Below, one piece after another: positions 10,107 to 19,890 of a stretch of 64,000 nucleotides of DNA; positions within the stretch are counted from its first letter, which is position 1; each line of letters begins with the position of its first letter. This stretch comes from an uncultured virus (IMG/VR IMGVR_UViG_3300033562_000715) (taxonomy: Duplodnaviria; Heunggongvirae; Uroviricota; Caudoviricetes). The notes under the pieces were generated by a model, which was not told the DNA's origin, did not search any database, and was given only the letters and a program-made list of their open reading frames with translations. The translations under genes and the position numbers were made by a program. Location: the IMG/VR virus record IMGVR_UViG_3300033562_000715. One strand, 5' to 3'.

Positions 10107-10135
10107 TTGTTTTATATGTTAAGGTATGCTAAACT
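10107..10135 (+). promoter_or_regulatory. sigma-A-like promoter with extended -10
   Basis: TTGTTT-17 bp-TAAACT; TATGCTAAACT identical to the motif at 674. Confidence 0.6.
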
Positions 10136-10158
10136 ATTCATATAGGAGGTATAAACAT

Positions 10159-10551
10159 ATGAGAGATTCTAATGAATTAAGGGAACTGTGTATACAAAAC
10201 AATTGGTTTACAAGTGGTTCTTCAAACCAATATGCAAAATTATTTGATTCGTATTATAATGATTCAAGTATTGAGGATGTTTCTTTAATTATTTGGTTAT
10301 GTACTCCAAATACAACTCAAGAACTCATTATAAAAGAACTTGTAAGTAATAATATTTCTTTTTGCTCTAAGCAAGATGATAGTGATGAACTTAATACTTG
10401 TAAACCTTATGTTTTATCTGCATTATCTAGTATGCAATCTGTAAGGTTGGATGTTCTTGAGGAAGATGGTTCTATAGAGGATCTTTTAGATGACCTTAAA
10501 AATAGCATCATAAGCAATATGAAGTGCTTTTTGAAGTTATTGGGTAAATAA
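10159..10551 (+). CDS. hypothetical phage protein
   Basis: GGAGGT RBS; LRELCIQNNWFTSGSSNQYAKLF N-terminus. Confidence 0.7.
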   Translation: MRDSNELRELCIQNNWFTSGSSNQYAKLFDSYYNDSSIEDVSLIIWLCTPNTTQELIIKELVSNNISFCSKQDDSDELNTCKPYVLSALSSMQSVRLDVLEEDGSIEDLLDDLKNSIISNMKCFLKLLGK

Positions 10552-10664
10552 TTTTATAGTTAATATTTGATAGCAGTGTTTTATAAGCACTGCTATTTAA
10601 GCTTTATAGTTTTAGGATAACAAAGTTGTTTTTAAATGCAAAGATTTGTATGGAGGTTGTACAA

Positions 10665-11210
10665 GTGAAAAAGAGAGCATGTTTACTTTTTATGTTTCGT
10701 TGTTTAATGTGTATAGTACTTATTGCAGGTGTAGTATATATGCTTATACTTTGTTATAAAAAGGAAAATTCAATAATATATGATAGGAATAGTAATCTTG
10801 TTTTTGTATCACCTAAAAGTATAATGGATGAGACAGTCATTAGCAAATTATTTGATGGAAGCTCACTCTATATTGTTTATTCTCCAGAAGGCTCTTTACC
10901 TGATAGTCCTACTTATGATGAGTCACTTAAAACTCCTGAATATTTAGTAGGAATAAATCGTTTTAAGAGTGAAAAGGGTAAACCATTAATAACTCTTGTA
11001 AAATGTGTTAATGGTGTGTACAATAGTTATATGTATATGAACTATAGTGTAAAAACTTCTACTCACGATGTATGTATAGAACCAATAAACTTAGGGTACA
11101 CCTTAGAAACAAAAGAGGAAGACATAGTATCTAAAGGGTTTAAAGATTTAAAACCAATACTAAACTCTATATTATATTCATATGAAGGTGGTATTTCAAA
11201 AGAGAGGTAG
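10665..11210 (+). CDS. membrane-anchored hypothetical protein
   Basis: GTG after GGAGGT; N-terminal hydrophobic helix. Confidence 0.65.
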   Translation: MKKRACLLFMFRCLMCIVLIAGVVYMLILCYKKENSIIYDRNSNLVFVSPKSIMDETVISKLFDGSSLYIVYSPEGSLPDSPTYDESLKTPEYLVGINRFKSEKGKPLITLVKCVNGVYNSYMYMNYSVKTSTHDVCIEPINLGYTLETKEEDIVSKGFKDLKPILNSILYSYEGGISKER

Positions 11211-11221
11211 GTAAATTTAAA

Positions 11222-11914
11222 ATGAGTGTATGTGATGTTGTAAAACAAGAATTATTGTTGGGTGGTAAAAAGGTGGGTAGTAGGTATACATTTAGTAGCA
11301 GACTAACTAAAGATACCTTAGAGATAGTTGATTTTGCACCTGAGTTAGAGGACCTGATGCATTCATTCTTATCAGAATCCCCATCTACAAAGTACTTTAA
11401 GGGTATCCCAATAGAAGGTAGTGTAAATAAAAGGGGTTATTATTCTACAGATGCAGTAGATTGTATTGATGAAGTAACATGTATTGAAGATATACAAAGG
11501 CATTTAAACACTATATTATTTGAAGGAAGAAAATGGAGATACTATGTAGAGCTTACAGGTGGTGGTGTTGGTGAAGAAGATGGTTTATACACTGAAAAGT
11601 CTTTTGTAACTGATGATCAAATGCAAGCAATTGTAAAATGGTTACACTATCAAGCAACAAATCCTGCAATGGGTAGTATATCCAGTTATAGTAAAAATAA
11701 CTGCATGGATTTATACAAGTGTTTTATAAAGGAATATGAAACTATTTGTAAAATAGCTAATGTTATTGAGATGGAATCAGGCAAGAAATTTCCCCTGAAA
11801 TTAGAAAGGGTATTAAAGGTTTGTAAGGAGAAGATTTCTCCAGACTGTAAGCACTTTGGTTTTATAGAACATGCTGAACATTATGATATGATTTATCCAT
11901 TTGACATAGGATAA
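11222..11914 (+). CDS. hypothetical protein
   Basis: 230-aa ORF in operon. Confidence 0.7.
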   Translation: MSVCDVVKQELLLGGKKVGSRYTFSSRLTKDTLEIVDFAPELEDLMHSFLSESPSTKYFKGIPIEGSVNKRGYYSTDAVDCIDEVTCIEDIQRHLNTILFEGRKWRYYVELTGGGVGEEDGLYTEKSFVTDDQMQAIVKWLHYQATNPAMGSISSYSKNNCMDLYKCFIKEYETICKIANVIEMESGKKFPLKLERVLKVCKEKISPDCKHFGFIEHAEHYDMIYPFDIG

Positions 11915-11930
11915 GTATAGGAGGTTAAGA

Positions 11931-12848
11931 ATGGCACTATTATATATTTCTGATTTAAAGGAAAATTATTCATTGTATAAGTTACCAAGGAGATTTGCTG
12001 AATGTTTGCCTGAGACTTGTAGTACATGTGGTGCAGTAATGGCTATGAGTTCTTCTTTAACTGGTTTACATTGTACAAACCCAAGATGTCAAGATAAGCT
12101 TATAATGCGTATAAGAGCTATATGTACAGATTTGGGAATACTGGATTTTGGTGAAAGTACAATTCAAAAGTTTTTAAACTATTGGAATGTGACCAATCCA
12201 TTAGGTGTCTTTGGGTTAAAGACTGGTATGATAATCTCTACAGAGGTATCTCAGGATGTATCTGCAAAGATTGTTGCTCAAATAGAAGAAAAGAATCACT
12301 TTCTCCTATGGGAATATGTAAGAGTTGCAAATCTACCTCATATTCAGACTTCTGCAAGAGAGATCTTTAAGGGGTATACATCTTTAGAAGAAGCCTATAA
12401 TGACATTGAATCAGGTGGTGTTGACTTTATTCAAAAGAAGTTGGGTATAATATCCGAAGGTGAAATCTCTATAAGAGCCATGAAGATTTATACCACGCTT
12501 AAAGAGTTCAAGAGTGACTTGTTTGAGTTCTTAGAAGATATTAACTTTGTTGATATGTCAGATAAGAAAGAATTAAACGTTGTTTGTTCAGATGAAGTAG
12601 GCTTTGGCTTTAAAAAGAAAGCTGAGTTCTATGCTTTCATAAACTCTAAGTTTGCTGACAAAGTACATGTAAACTTCTTGCCATCTGTAACTAAAAATAT
12701 AGACTATCTAGTATGGGCAGGAGCTGATGGTAGTCCAGCAAGATACACGGGTAAGGTAAAGACTGTAGAAGGGTACAATTTAAAGGGTAGTAGCATACCT
12801 ATAGTAACAGCTGAACAGTTTATTGAAGAAATGAGAAAATTAAAATAA
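11931..12848 (+). CDS. NAD-dependent DNA ligase C-terminal half (C4 zinc finger, HhH, BRCT-like)
   Basis: PETCSTCG...LHCTNPRC, LGILDFGESTI (HhH), SVTKNIDYLVW...GKVK...IPIVTAEQF (BRCT). Confidence 0.85.
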   Translation: MALLYISDLKENYSLYKLPRRFAECLPETCSTCGAVMAMSSSLTGLHCTNPRCQDKLIMRIRAICTDLGILDFGESTIQKFLNYWNVTNPLGVFGLKTGMIISTEVSQDVSAKIVAQIEEKNHFLLWEYVRVANLPHIQTSAREIFKGYTSLEEAYNDIESGGVDFIQKKLGIISEGEISIRAMKIYTTLKEFKSDLFEFLEDINFVDMSDKKELNVVCSDEVGFGFKKKAEFYAFINSKFADKVHVNFLPSVTKNIDYLVWAGADGSPARYTGKVKTVEGYNLKGSSIPIVTAEQFIEEMRKLK

Positions 12849-12867
12849 CAGGGGGAGCCTACACTAA

Positions 12868-13029
12868 ATGAAACAGAGTAAAAAGGTTACAAGAAATCAA
12901 AGAGACTTTTTAATCAAACATAAAGTTCTTGATTGTGAACTAGATCTATATAGGTTTATACGAGAAGATAAAAATGTAATTATCTTCTTAAGAGGTTCAG
13001 AAGAAGTAAGTTTTATAAAGACTATATAA
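12868..13029 (+). CDS. small basic hypothetical protein (53 aa)
   Basis: MKQSKKVTRNQRDFL... after GGGGAG RBS; below ORF-track cutoff. Confidence 0.55.
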   Translation: MKQSKKVTRNQRDFLIKHKVLDCELDLYRFIREDKNVIIFLRGSEEVSFIKTI

Positions 13030-13353
13030 AGTACTTTAATCCCTTATATTTTATCTTTTATAAAATATACCCTAAGTGTAAATATCTTTTGTAAATCTTT
13101 ATTGTGTTATCTTTAACAAGTTTTCCCTTTAAATATACAGAAGCTTTTTTAATTAAGAGGTTGAAGTACTTTAGAAGATATGTTCATCTATGGACTTGTT
13201 ATTTGGGAGAGTTGTTTTAAAAAGGTTAAGAACAAGTTGAGTTTTCTTTTAATATTTGGTATACTTTAAGTAGGTTCTTATGAATTCTACTTATGGTATA
13301 CCTTTTATTATTGGATAGTATAAGTAAATATAGAAACGAAGGAGGGTAAAGGC

Positions 13354-14754
13354 ATGGGAGATTTTGAATTAAGACTTGCTAACGTACTAGAGTTTATAGA
13401 CACAAGTGGTTCATATGGTTTTGATGACTCTAGAATTGAGGAATTGGAATCTATTATTGAAGAGTGTAACATGAAACATGGTAAAGAATCCAAAAATGAA
13501 GTAGCCGATAGTATTTATGATACTCTATACTCTATGTTAAAAGAAGTAAAACCTGAATCAGGTTTGCTTTCAGAACTATGGGAAGAGGAGGGAGAAATAT
13601 CTGAGTATACTGACCTATTAGTATCTAATCCTATGATGAGTATAGAGACAGCTAAATCTTATACTTGCAAAGAATTATCTGATTGGGTGAAAATATTGCC
13701 TGAAGAAGCAGGGTATTTTGCAAGTTTTAAGATTAACGGTCACGGTATTAGGGTTGTTTATGATAACGGTGAGTTAGTTTCTGCAACGAGTAGAGCTAGG
13801 CATTCCGCAGGTAGAGACCTCACTAGGCAAGCAAAGATTCTATTGGGTGACTATAATGATTCTTTAGCAGACTTTGGTATAGTAGAATTACGAGGTGAAC
13901 TTTGCTTGAGTATTACAAAATTAGGAGAAGCAAGGGTATTCAACCCAGCTATTAAATCTGCTTTCTCAGCAGTTTCAAGTCTTGCTAAGCCATCTGCTAG
14001 TGATGGAGAAATTAAGCTTTTAGACTTCTTATGTTATGGTTTCATAACCGAAGGTTTCTCATTCCAAGATAGGGAAGAAGAGTTTCAACAAATAGAAAGT
14101 TGTGGTTTCTTAACACCTCAGCACTTGGTAATAGAGTCTTTGGAGAAAGAAAACTTGATTGGAACAATACAAGCTATAATTGCAACCTTTGAAGAAGCAT
14201 ATGAAGAGTTTGGTTACTTCTGTGACGGTGTTGTAATAGAATTAAATGACAGAGCTTTGTTTATTTCCATGGGTTCATCAGACTCTCATAATAATGGTAA
14301 CCTTGCTTTAAAAGTTGGTGTATGGAAACAAGACCAGTATACAGGGTATGTTCAAAAGATATTATGGACAAAGGGTAAAAGTAAACGTTCCCCAGTAGCA
14401 ATAGTTGCTGATGAGCCTTACATGCTTATGCAAGACATTAATGGTAAGTTCTTAAATTATGACGAATTAGGTGTTTTGACTGCTCAGGGTAATAAAGTTA
14501 GACGAGTTCCTTTATATGAACCTAAGAACATATTAATATTAGATGCATATGAGGGTGAACCACTTAGCTTTAGATACGGTGGTGAGGCAGGTGTAGTTCC
14601 TTGTTTTCCAGATGGTAGATTACTCACTGAAGATGCAGTTGTAGACTTATTAACAGAATATAACTCAACTACTCTTGACCCTTTATGGGCAGGATTTGAG
14701 ATTGAGGAGTGTTCTCATGAATATGTAGACGATGAGGTAAATGAAGATGAATGA
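13354..14754 (+). CDS. ligA: NAD-dependent DNA ligase N-terminal half (domain Ia, adenylation and OB domains), divergent
   Basis: DSIYDTL, PMMSI, FKING (motif I), ELRGE, CDGVVI, LALK, SPVA, GVVP; ends before the zinc finger. Confidence 0.85.
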   Translation: MGDFELRLANVLEFIDTSGSYGFDDSRIEELESIIEECNMKHGKESKNEVADSIYDTLYSMLKEVKPESGLLSELWEEEGEISEYTDLLVSNPMMSIETAKSYTCKELSDWVKILPEEAGYFASFKINGHGIRVVYDNGELVSATSRARHSAGRDLTRQAKILLGDYNDSLADFGIVELRGELCLSITKLGEARVFNPAIKSAFSAVSSLAKPSASDGEIKLLDFLCYGFITEGFSFQDREEEFQQIESCGFLTPQHLVIESLEKENLIGTIQAIIATFEEAYEEFGYFCDGVVIELNDRALFISMGSSDSHNNGNLALKVGVWKQDQYTGYVQKILWTKGKSKRSPVAIVADEPYMLMQDINGKFLNYDELGVLTAQGNKVRRVPLYEPKNILILDAYEGEPLSFRYGGEAGVVPCFPDGRLLTEDAVVDLLTEYNSTTLDPLWAGFEIEECSHEYVDDEVNEDE

Positions 14755-15433
14755 AAATGAAGAATTACTTGCAATAAATGAGGAACAGTTAGAGTGTTTT
14801 GATTCTTTTATTACATCTTTGCTATGTACTAAGTGTAGTATAGATATGGATGAAAAAGACTGTTCAAGTTGTGAATCTTTTTCTAAAATACGAGATAATA
14901 TGTTAAAGGGTATCTTTGTTAGTTTTCCAATAACTGGGAATAAAAATGTATCAAAGTGTCCGAAAAGTACACTAAGTAAAGAAGAATCTTTACTTTTTAC
15001 TCCAGTAGAACCTAAAAAGGCATTAAATTTAAGAGATGCAGCATTCAAGTGTCAATCAAAGAAACTAAAACCCACTAGTTATGAGAGAGGGTATGAATAC
15101 CCTCGGCTACTATACAGTGAAAGGTTTCAGGAAATGTGCAAAATTTTAGTCATAGATGGTGAGATATTGAGGGATGGTAATGGTGTATTAAAGAAAGAGG
15201 AATATGACAGAGAGGGTAAAGTAGAATCAGAATTGCTTCATGCTTGCTTAAATTGTGATAATGTAGTAGTACAAAAGGGTGAACACCTTTATGTATTTTA
15301 TCATGGACTAATACACCAAGATTTGATTAGAGCTATACAACAAGAAATATTACGAAGTTATGGTGGAATAGCTAAGGCTATACTCGAAAACATACATTGT
15401 TTTAGAAGAAAGAACGATAGTGATCTATATTAA
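14741..15433 (+). CDS. Cys-rich hypothetical protein
   Basis: CTKC, CSSC, CLNC motifs; overlaps ligase stop. Confidence 0.7.
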   Translation: MKMNENEELLAINEEQLECFDSFITSLLCTKCSIDMDEKDCSSCESFSKIRDNMLKGIFVSFPITGNKNVSKCPKSTLSKEESLLFTPVEPKKALNLRDAAFKCQSKKLKPTSYERGYEYPRLLYSERFQEMCKILVIDGEILRDGNGVLKKEEYDREGKVESELLHACLNCDNVVVQKGEHLYVFYHGLIHQDLIRAIQQEILRSYGGIAKAILENIHCFRRKNDSDLY

Positions 15434-15455
15434 AGAAATGAGGAGGTCTTAATTA

Positions 15456-15890
15456 ATGAGTAACTATAGAGTAAGCGTGTCCTACAACAGGGTAAAAAGT
15501 TCTTGTGCCTATGTTGTGGAAACAGAGGGTGTAACAAAGGTAGTTCAAATCTCTCCTAAAATAAACCCAAGTGTAAAGAAGGGTATTTTAGAAATACTTA
15601 CAGTAGCCTTGAGAGAAACCAAACCTTTAGTGTCTCATGAAGACATAGTTTTTATTGAGATACCAAACAAGCACTTATGTGAATGGTTGTCAGGTTTAGT
15701 TGAATACAAGGATTACTCAACAGAAATGGATGAGGTTTTTGACGTTCTAGAGACAATGGATTGTAAATATCGGTTCTTATTTGTTAAGGAACCATATGCA
15801 AAAAAAGTAATGCAAAAGGGTGGTCTAGACTGTGGAATACGAAACACTTGTAGTTCCTTAGCAGACGTATTAAAAGAATTTGAAGAATAG
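15456..15890 (+). CDS. RNase H-fold-like protein, catalytic acids not evident
   Basis: Beta-strand N-terminus, LEILTVALR helix and VFIEIPNKHLCEWL pattern resemble RNase HI topology. Confidence 0.4.
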   Translation: MSNYRVSVSYNRVKSSCAYVVETEGVTKVVQISPKINPSVKKGILEILTVALRETKPLVSHEDIVFIEIPNKHLCEWLSGLVEYKDYSTEMDEVFDVLETMDCKYRFLFVKEPYAKKVMQKGGLDCGIRNTCSSLADVLKEFEE

Positions 15891-15906
15891 GAGTAGGTTG
15901 TAGAAA

Positions 15907-17451
15907 ATGAAGAATACCAAGGATGCAGTAAAATATGCTATAGAGACTTTAAATTTAACTCCTGAAGAGTTTTTCTCTTTGGTAGAGTCATCCAGAGATT
16001 ACACTGGTGATGACTATTCAAGATGGTTGGCTAATGAGGTTGTAAAAATAGCAGAGAAAGATGGTGTAGGGTTCTCACAGCTATTAGTAAAGAAGTTTTC
16101 AATTATTCAGAGTTTATCAGAGGGTACTACATTATCAATAAGACCTTGTTGGGTAGAAGAAATAAAATCTATGATTGAGGCAGAAGAAGATAACATTTTT
16201 TCAATAGATTTTGAACACTTAGGAAACCCTATAGAGGGTATTGACTGGTACAGTGGTGTAGATTATAGCAATGCAATTAGTGACTTTACAATGTCTGTAT
16301 TGCCAACAGAGATATCCGATAAGATTTCAAATAATGAAGAGGTTTGTTTCATTACAACCTTGTCTAAAGACGCATCAAATAAAGGTTCAGATTTATATCA
16401 GGCTTGTAAGAGTGCAGGTATAACTTGTAAAACAGAAGGTAGTTTAATGTTATATAGAATGATTTCAATGGCTGAAGCTTTCTACAGTGAAGAAGAATTT
16501 ACTTTTGCTTTCTTTACAGATGTAGATTTTCTGTATAATTCAGATAACAAAAACATTTTAAGACTCTTCTTGAAGCATTTCACATGTCAAGGTATTGCTA
16601 TTAAGTCCACTGATTTATATGACGGTACTTTTGTAAGTGGTAAGTATGCATTTGTTAAATGTAGTCCAAGACCATCTAAAAGAAAGGCTCAGGATTATAT
16701 CTCACTTTTTGAGTATGTAATGGAAGACGGAGAGCCAATCAATAAAGGCTCTAAAAGATACACTTCTTCTAGTGAGGATATGTTAAACTCCTTGAGGGTA
16801 TCTGCTCAAGAATGTAAAGTAATGGTTTATTCGGAAACATTGGGTAAACTACATACTGAGAATAAGCTAAAAGGTTGTGAAGATGCTTACGGTTATCTTA
16901 ATATTAATCTTGGTAATGTATGGTTAACTTGTTTTCCAGATACAAATGCCACAGAGTATATACCAATAACTAAGAAAAACTTGGAAGATGTAATCATATA
17001 TTATGGTTTATCAAGTTCTTTAAAGAACTTCGGTTTACCTTGTGAGTTTCCAATGTTAGTCAATGGTAGTACAGATTATGACTTATTACTTGCAAATTGC
17101 TTTCCAATTTTCTTACTTAGTAACGGCAGTAAGTTTAAAGACTTTGGTTCTATAACAACTATGGGTAAAGTTGAGAGATTAGAATCTTCTTTTGACATTG
17201 AATACTCTGATTTAGTTGCAGAGCTCTTTGCTTTGTTTGAAGTAAACTTCTCATTTGAATCTAAGAACCTAGTAGATGTTTGTAAAGGTTTCCTAGATTA
17301 TTTAAGAAAAGAAGTGGGTATTTCAGTATCAGGCTTATCTTTTGATGAAATTAGAAAAGAGTCTAGTAACGAAGACCTGAATAAGTATTATTTATCTGCT
17401 TTAACAGATGCAATGGACTATGTAAAAACCTTATATAGAAAGATGGAATAG
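15907..17451 (+). CDS. hypothetical protein resembling a degenerate adenine methyltransferase / type IIG-like RM protein
   Basis: LMLYRM, FAFFT..FL, RLFLKHF..G, FSFESKNLVD patterns; no NPPY/DPPY motif. Confidence 0.4.
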   Translation: MKNTKDAVKYAIETLNLTPEEFFSLVESSRDYTGDDYSRWLANEVVKIAEKDGVGFSQLLVKKFSIIQSLSEGTTLSIRPCWVEEIKSMIEAEEDNIFSIDFEHLGNPIEGIDWYSGVDYSNAISDFTMSVLPTEISDKISNNEEVCFITTLSKDASNKGSDLYQACKSAGITCKTEGSLMLYRMISMAEAFYSEEEFTFAFFTDVDFLYNSDNKNILRLFLKHFTCQGIAIKSTDLYDGTFVSGKYAFVKCSPRPSKRKAQDYISLFEYVMEDGEPINKGSKRYTSSSEDMLNSLRVSAQECKVMVYSETLGKLHTENKLKGCEDAYGYLNINLGNVWLTCFPDTNATEYIPITKKNLEDVIIYYGLSSSLKNFGLPCEFPMLVNGSTDYDLLLANCFPIFLLSNGSKFKDFGSITTMGKVERLESSFDIEYSDLVAELFALFEVNFSFESKNLVDVCKGFLDYLRKEVGISVSGLSFDEIRKESSNEDLNKYYLSALTDAMDYVKTLYRKME

Positions 17452-17454
17452 TAA

Positions 17455-18405
17455 ATGGGTACTTTAAGAGAATTAGGTTCATCTGACTGCAATGTTCACT
17501 TGATATTTTCTCCAGCGAGTATTGCAGAGATGTTTGTATATGATACATTGAAAGAAACATGTAAGGCATCCCTTGATAGTGTTATAACGGTAAGTTCAAA
17601 ATCAGAATTCAAAAGCATGTTAGAGCTAGTAAACATGGATTCAATGTTAGCAGACCGTTGGTTGGTTGTTTTAGATTACTCAAAATTAAAATCACAGTGT
17701 AACACTTTAAAGGGTTTATTTGACTTAGATACTACAATTTTTATGGTAAAAGTAGCAAATTACAAAGACTACAAAGAGTTTAAAGAACTTATTAAGACTT
17801 GTAATGATTTATACTTATCAATATTAAGATATGCTGATATTTCTTTTCTTTTAGGTGAGTATATTAGTAACGGTAAGGTGCTAGACTTCGTAGCAAAGTC
17901 TTATGCTAGAGACCCTGAGAAGATATTTGAATTGAGACAGAAGTTGAAAGAGGGTACTAAGGTAGAAAACCCTAAAGATGTAACCAAACTTATTGGAGAG
18001 AGTGCAAGTTCTTTAGCACAGTTTGCTTTCTTATTACTAGCAGACCCACCTACAACAGCTAGAGGTTATTCTATGGTATATAGAAAGCGTATTCAAATGG
18101 CTGACTCTTTAATAGAAACCTTTGGTGTAGGTAAGTTTAAGAACTTCCTAACAGCTACTGTAAAAGATATTTTGGATATAAAAGTATTGTACTTACAGGG
18201 TAAGTTATACAGGTCAATACGTGATTTACCTGAAGGATTTGATGAAAAAAGGTTATCTAGGTATAACTGGTCTTTAACTAGAATAACAGACGAAATACCG
18301 TATAATAGATTAGTAAAATTATATTGGTTATTAAAAGACAGTGGGTATTGGAGAAGCAAGAAAGATTTATTAGACTTTATATATAAATACTATGGAGGGT
18401 TGTAA
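17455..18405 (+). CDS. DNA polymerase III delta (HolA)-like clamp-loader subunit
   Basis: 316 aa; ELVNMDSMLADRWLVVLD resembles the HolA S(L/M)F..(R/K)(L/V)V motif; degenerate AAA+ with helical C-terminus. Confidence 0.55.
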   Translation: MGTLRELGSSDCNVHLIFSPASIAEMFVYDTLKETCKASLDSVITVSSKSEFKSMLELVNMDSMLADRWLVVLDYSKLKSQCNTLKGLFDLDTTIFMVKVANYKDYKEFKELIKTCNDLYLSILRYADISFLLGEYISNGKVLDFVAKSYARDPEKIFELRQKLKEGTKVENPKDVTKLIGESASSLAQFAFLLLADPPTTARGYSMVYRKRIQMADSLIETFGVGKFKNFLTATVKDILDIKVLYLQGKLYRSIRDLPEGFDEKRLSRYNWSLTRITDEIPYNRLVKLYWLLKDSGYWRSKKDLLDFIYKYYGGL

Positions 18406-18407
18406 GA

Positions 18408-19076
18408 ATGCATTTATTAGCAAGTTGTAGTTTAGAGAAGAGTCAGTCTTTTAATGGTACTTTAGTATTACCAAATGAAGATAAAAAGACTCCAGATAAG
18501 GTTTCCTTGAATATAGTAGTAGAAGATGGAAACACAGAAGTATTTAAAGTTTTAGATAAGGGTAATGAATTTGTAACCTTTGTAGAGACCCCTACCCCAT
18601 TTTGCCCAACATCCTTTAAGGGTAGGGTATTCAATGAGTACTCTTTAGACCAATTAAGGTCGGGTTTTATTAAGCCAGTAACAGATGTAATAAATTTAGT
18701 AAGACTACCTAATGGGTATTGTGATATGCTAGAACTAGTGAATCAAACTGTACTTAATCCTGATGTAAGATTTATTGGTGGCAATTTATTAGGTGTTGAG
18801 GGGGTGAACATTGGTAGAACTGACAATGGTAAAGAAAAGCTATCTCCAGTTTTCCTTGATGTATATGACACCTTTCTAGAAGTAGACCTAAATGACTTAC
18901 AGGGTATTCAAGAAAAAGTAAAGAAGAATCGTACTAAGGTAGAGGGTGCAGCAAAAGTAAAGGTTTCAAAGAAGGGTAAAAGTACATCAGGCTCAGGAGA
19001 AAAGGCTGAACGAAAAGTTTCCAAGCGTGTAGCAGCTTTCAATAACTTATTTTCGAGTACTGAAGAAGAATTTTAG
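18408..19076 (+). CDS. hypothetical protein with basic C-terminal tail
   Basis: GGAGG RBS; Lys-rich tail ending in acidic EEEF. Confidence 0.75.
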   Translation: MHLLASCSLEKSQSFNGTLVLPNEDKKTPDKVSLNIVVEDGNTEVFKVLDKGNEFVTFVETPTPFCPTSFKGRVFNEYSLDQLRSGFIKPVTDVINLVRLPNGYCDMLELVNQTVLNPDVRFIGGNLLGVEGVNIGRTDNGKEKLSPVFLDVYDTFLEVDLNDLQGIQEKVKKNRTKVEGAAKVKVSKKGKSTSGSGEKAERKVSKRVAAFNNLFSSTEEEF

Positions 19077-19229
19077 AAGTACAAAATATGTTTATATAAC
19101 CTTAATATCTTACTTGCATTAGAATTAAACTAAACTTTTTATTTTTTATAGAGTTTACCTTTTAACTTTTCTATAAATAGGTTAAACTATAAGTAGTGAA
19201 AGTTTAGCTTATGCGAAGGAGGTTTTAGA

Positions 19230-19844
19230 ATGAACTATTTTGATTATCAGCCTAAAGTACCGATGGGGAGAGTATGGAGCTTATTTAGTCAATTAGCAGA
19301 CATGTCAGAAAGTGAGAAATTGGGTAAATATTCTTACAGTCCTGAATATTCTCATACATTAGAGATAGTAAAGGCAGCAACAACAGGTTCTTTATCTCGT
19401 AAGGAAGATGTTTATGAAGATTTTAACTTAAGGGCTTATGAAGCTAGTTGTAAACGCAATGAAACTATAAACTTTAAAAAGTCATTAGAAAAATGTTTGT
19501 TCATAGTAGACAATGTTTCTTCTGATGGGGAAACAAAAACAGGTTATGGTGACATTTCAGAAAATAAGATAAGGTCTATAGAAGATGCTTTTGTTTCTGT
19601 AGAATCCTTAAGTTCGTTTGAATCAAATATTGATATGCTTTTGAATATCCGTGTAAAATATATTGAATCTCAGGGTATTGATTTAGTAAGTATATTAGTA
19701 AATTCATTAAAAGGTATACCAGATGCAATAGAAGGTATGGCTGAGTTTGTTAAAACAAATTTACAATTAAAGGAACTAATTGTAGACTTGTGTCAGGATG
19801 GTAAAGATGGTAAATTATTAGCAAGATTAGCAACAGTTGTATGA
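19230..19844 (+). CDS. hypothetical protein
   Basis: GGAGGT RBS, 204 aa. Confidence 0.75.
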   Translation: MNYFDYQPKVPMGRVWSLFSQLADMSESEKLGKYSYSPEYSHTLEIVKAATTGSLSRKEDVYEDFNLRAYEASCKRNETINFKKSLEKCLFIVDNVSSDGETKTGYGDISENKIRSIEDAFVSVESLSSFESNIDMLLNIRVKYIESQGIDLVSILVNSLKGIPDAIEGMAEFVKTNLQLKELIVDLCQDGKDGKLLARLATVV

Positions 19845-19890
19845 TGGGCAGTGAAATAGTCTGCCTTGATAGAAGGGTAGGTTATTTCAA

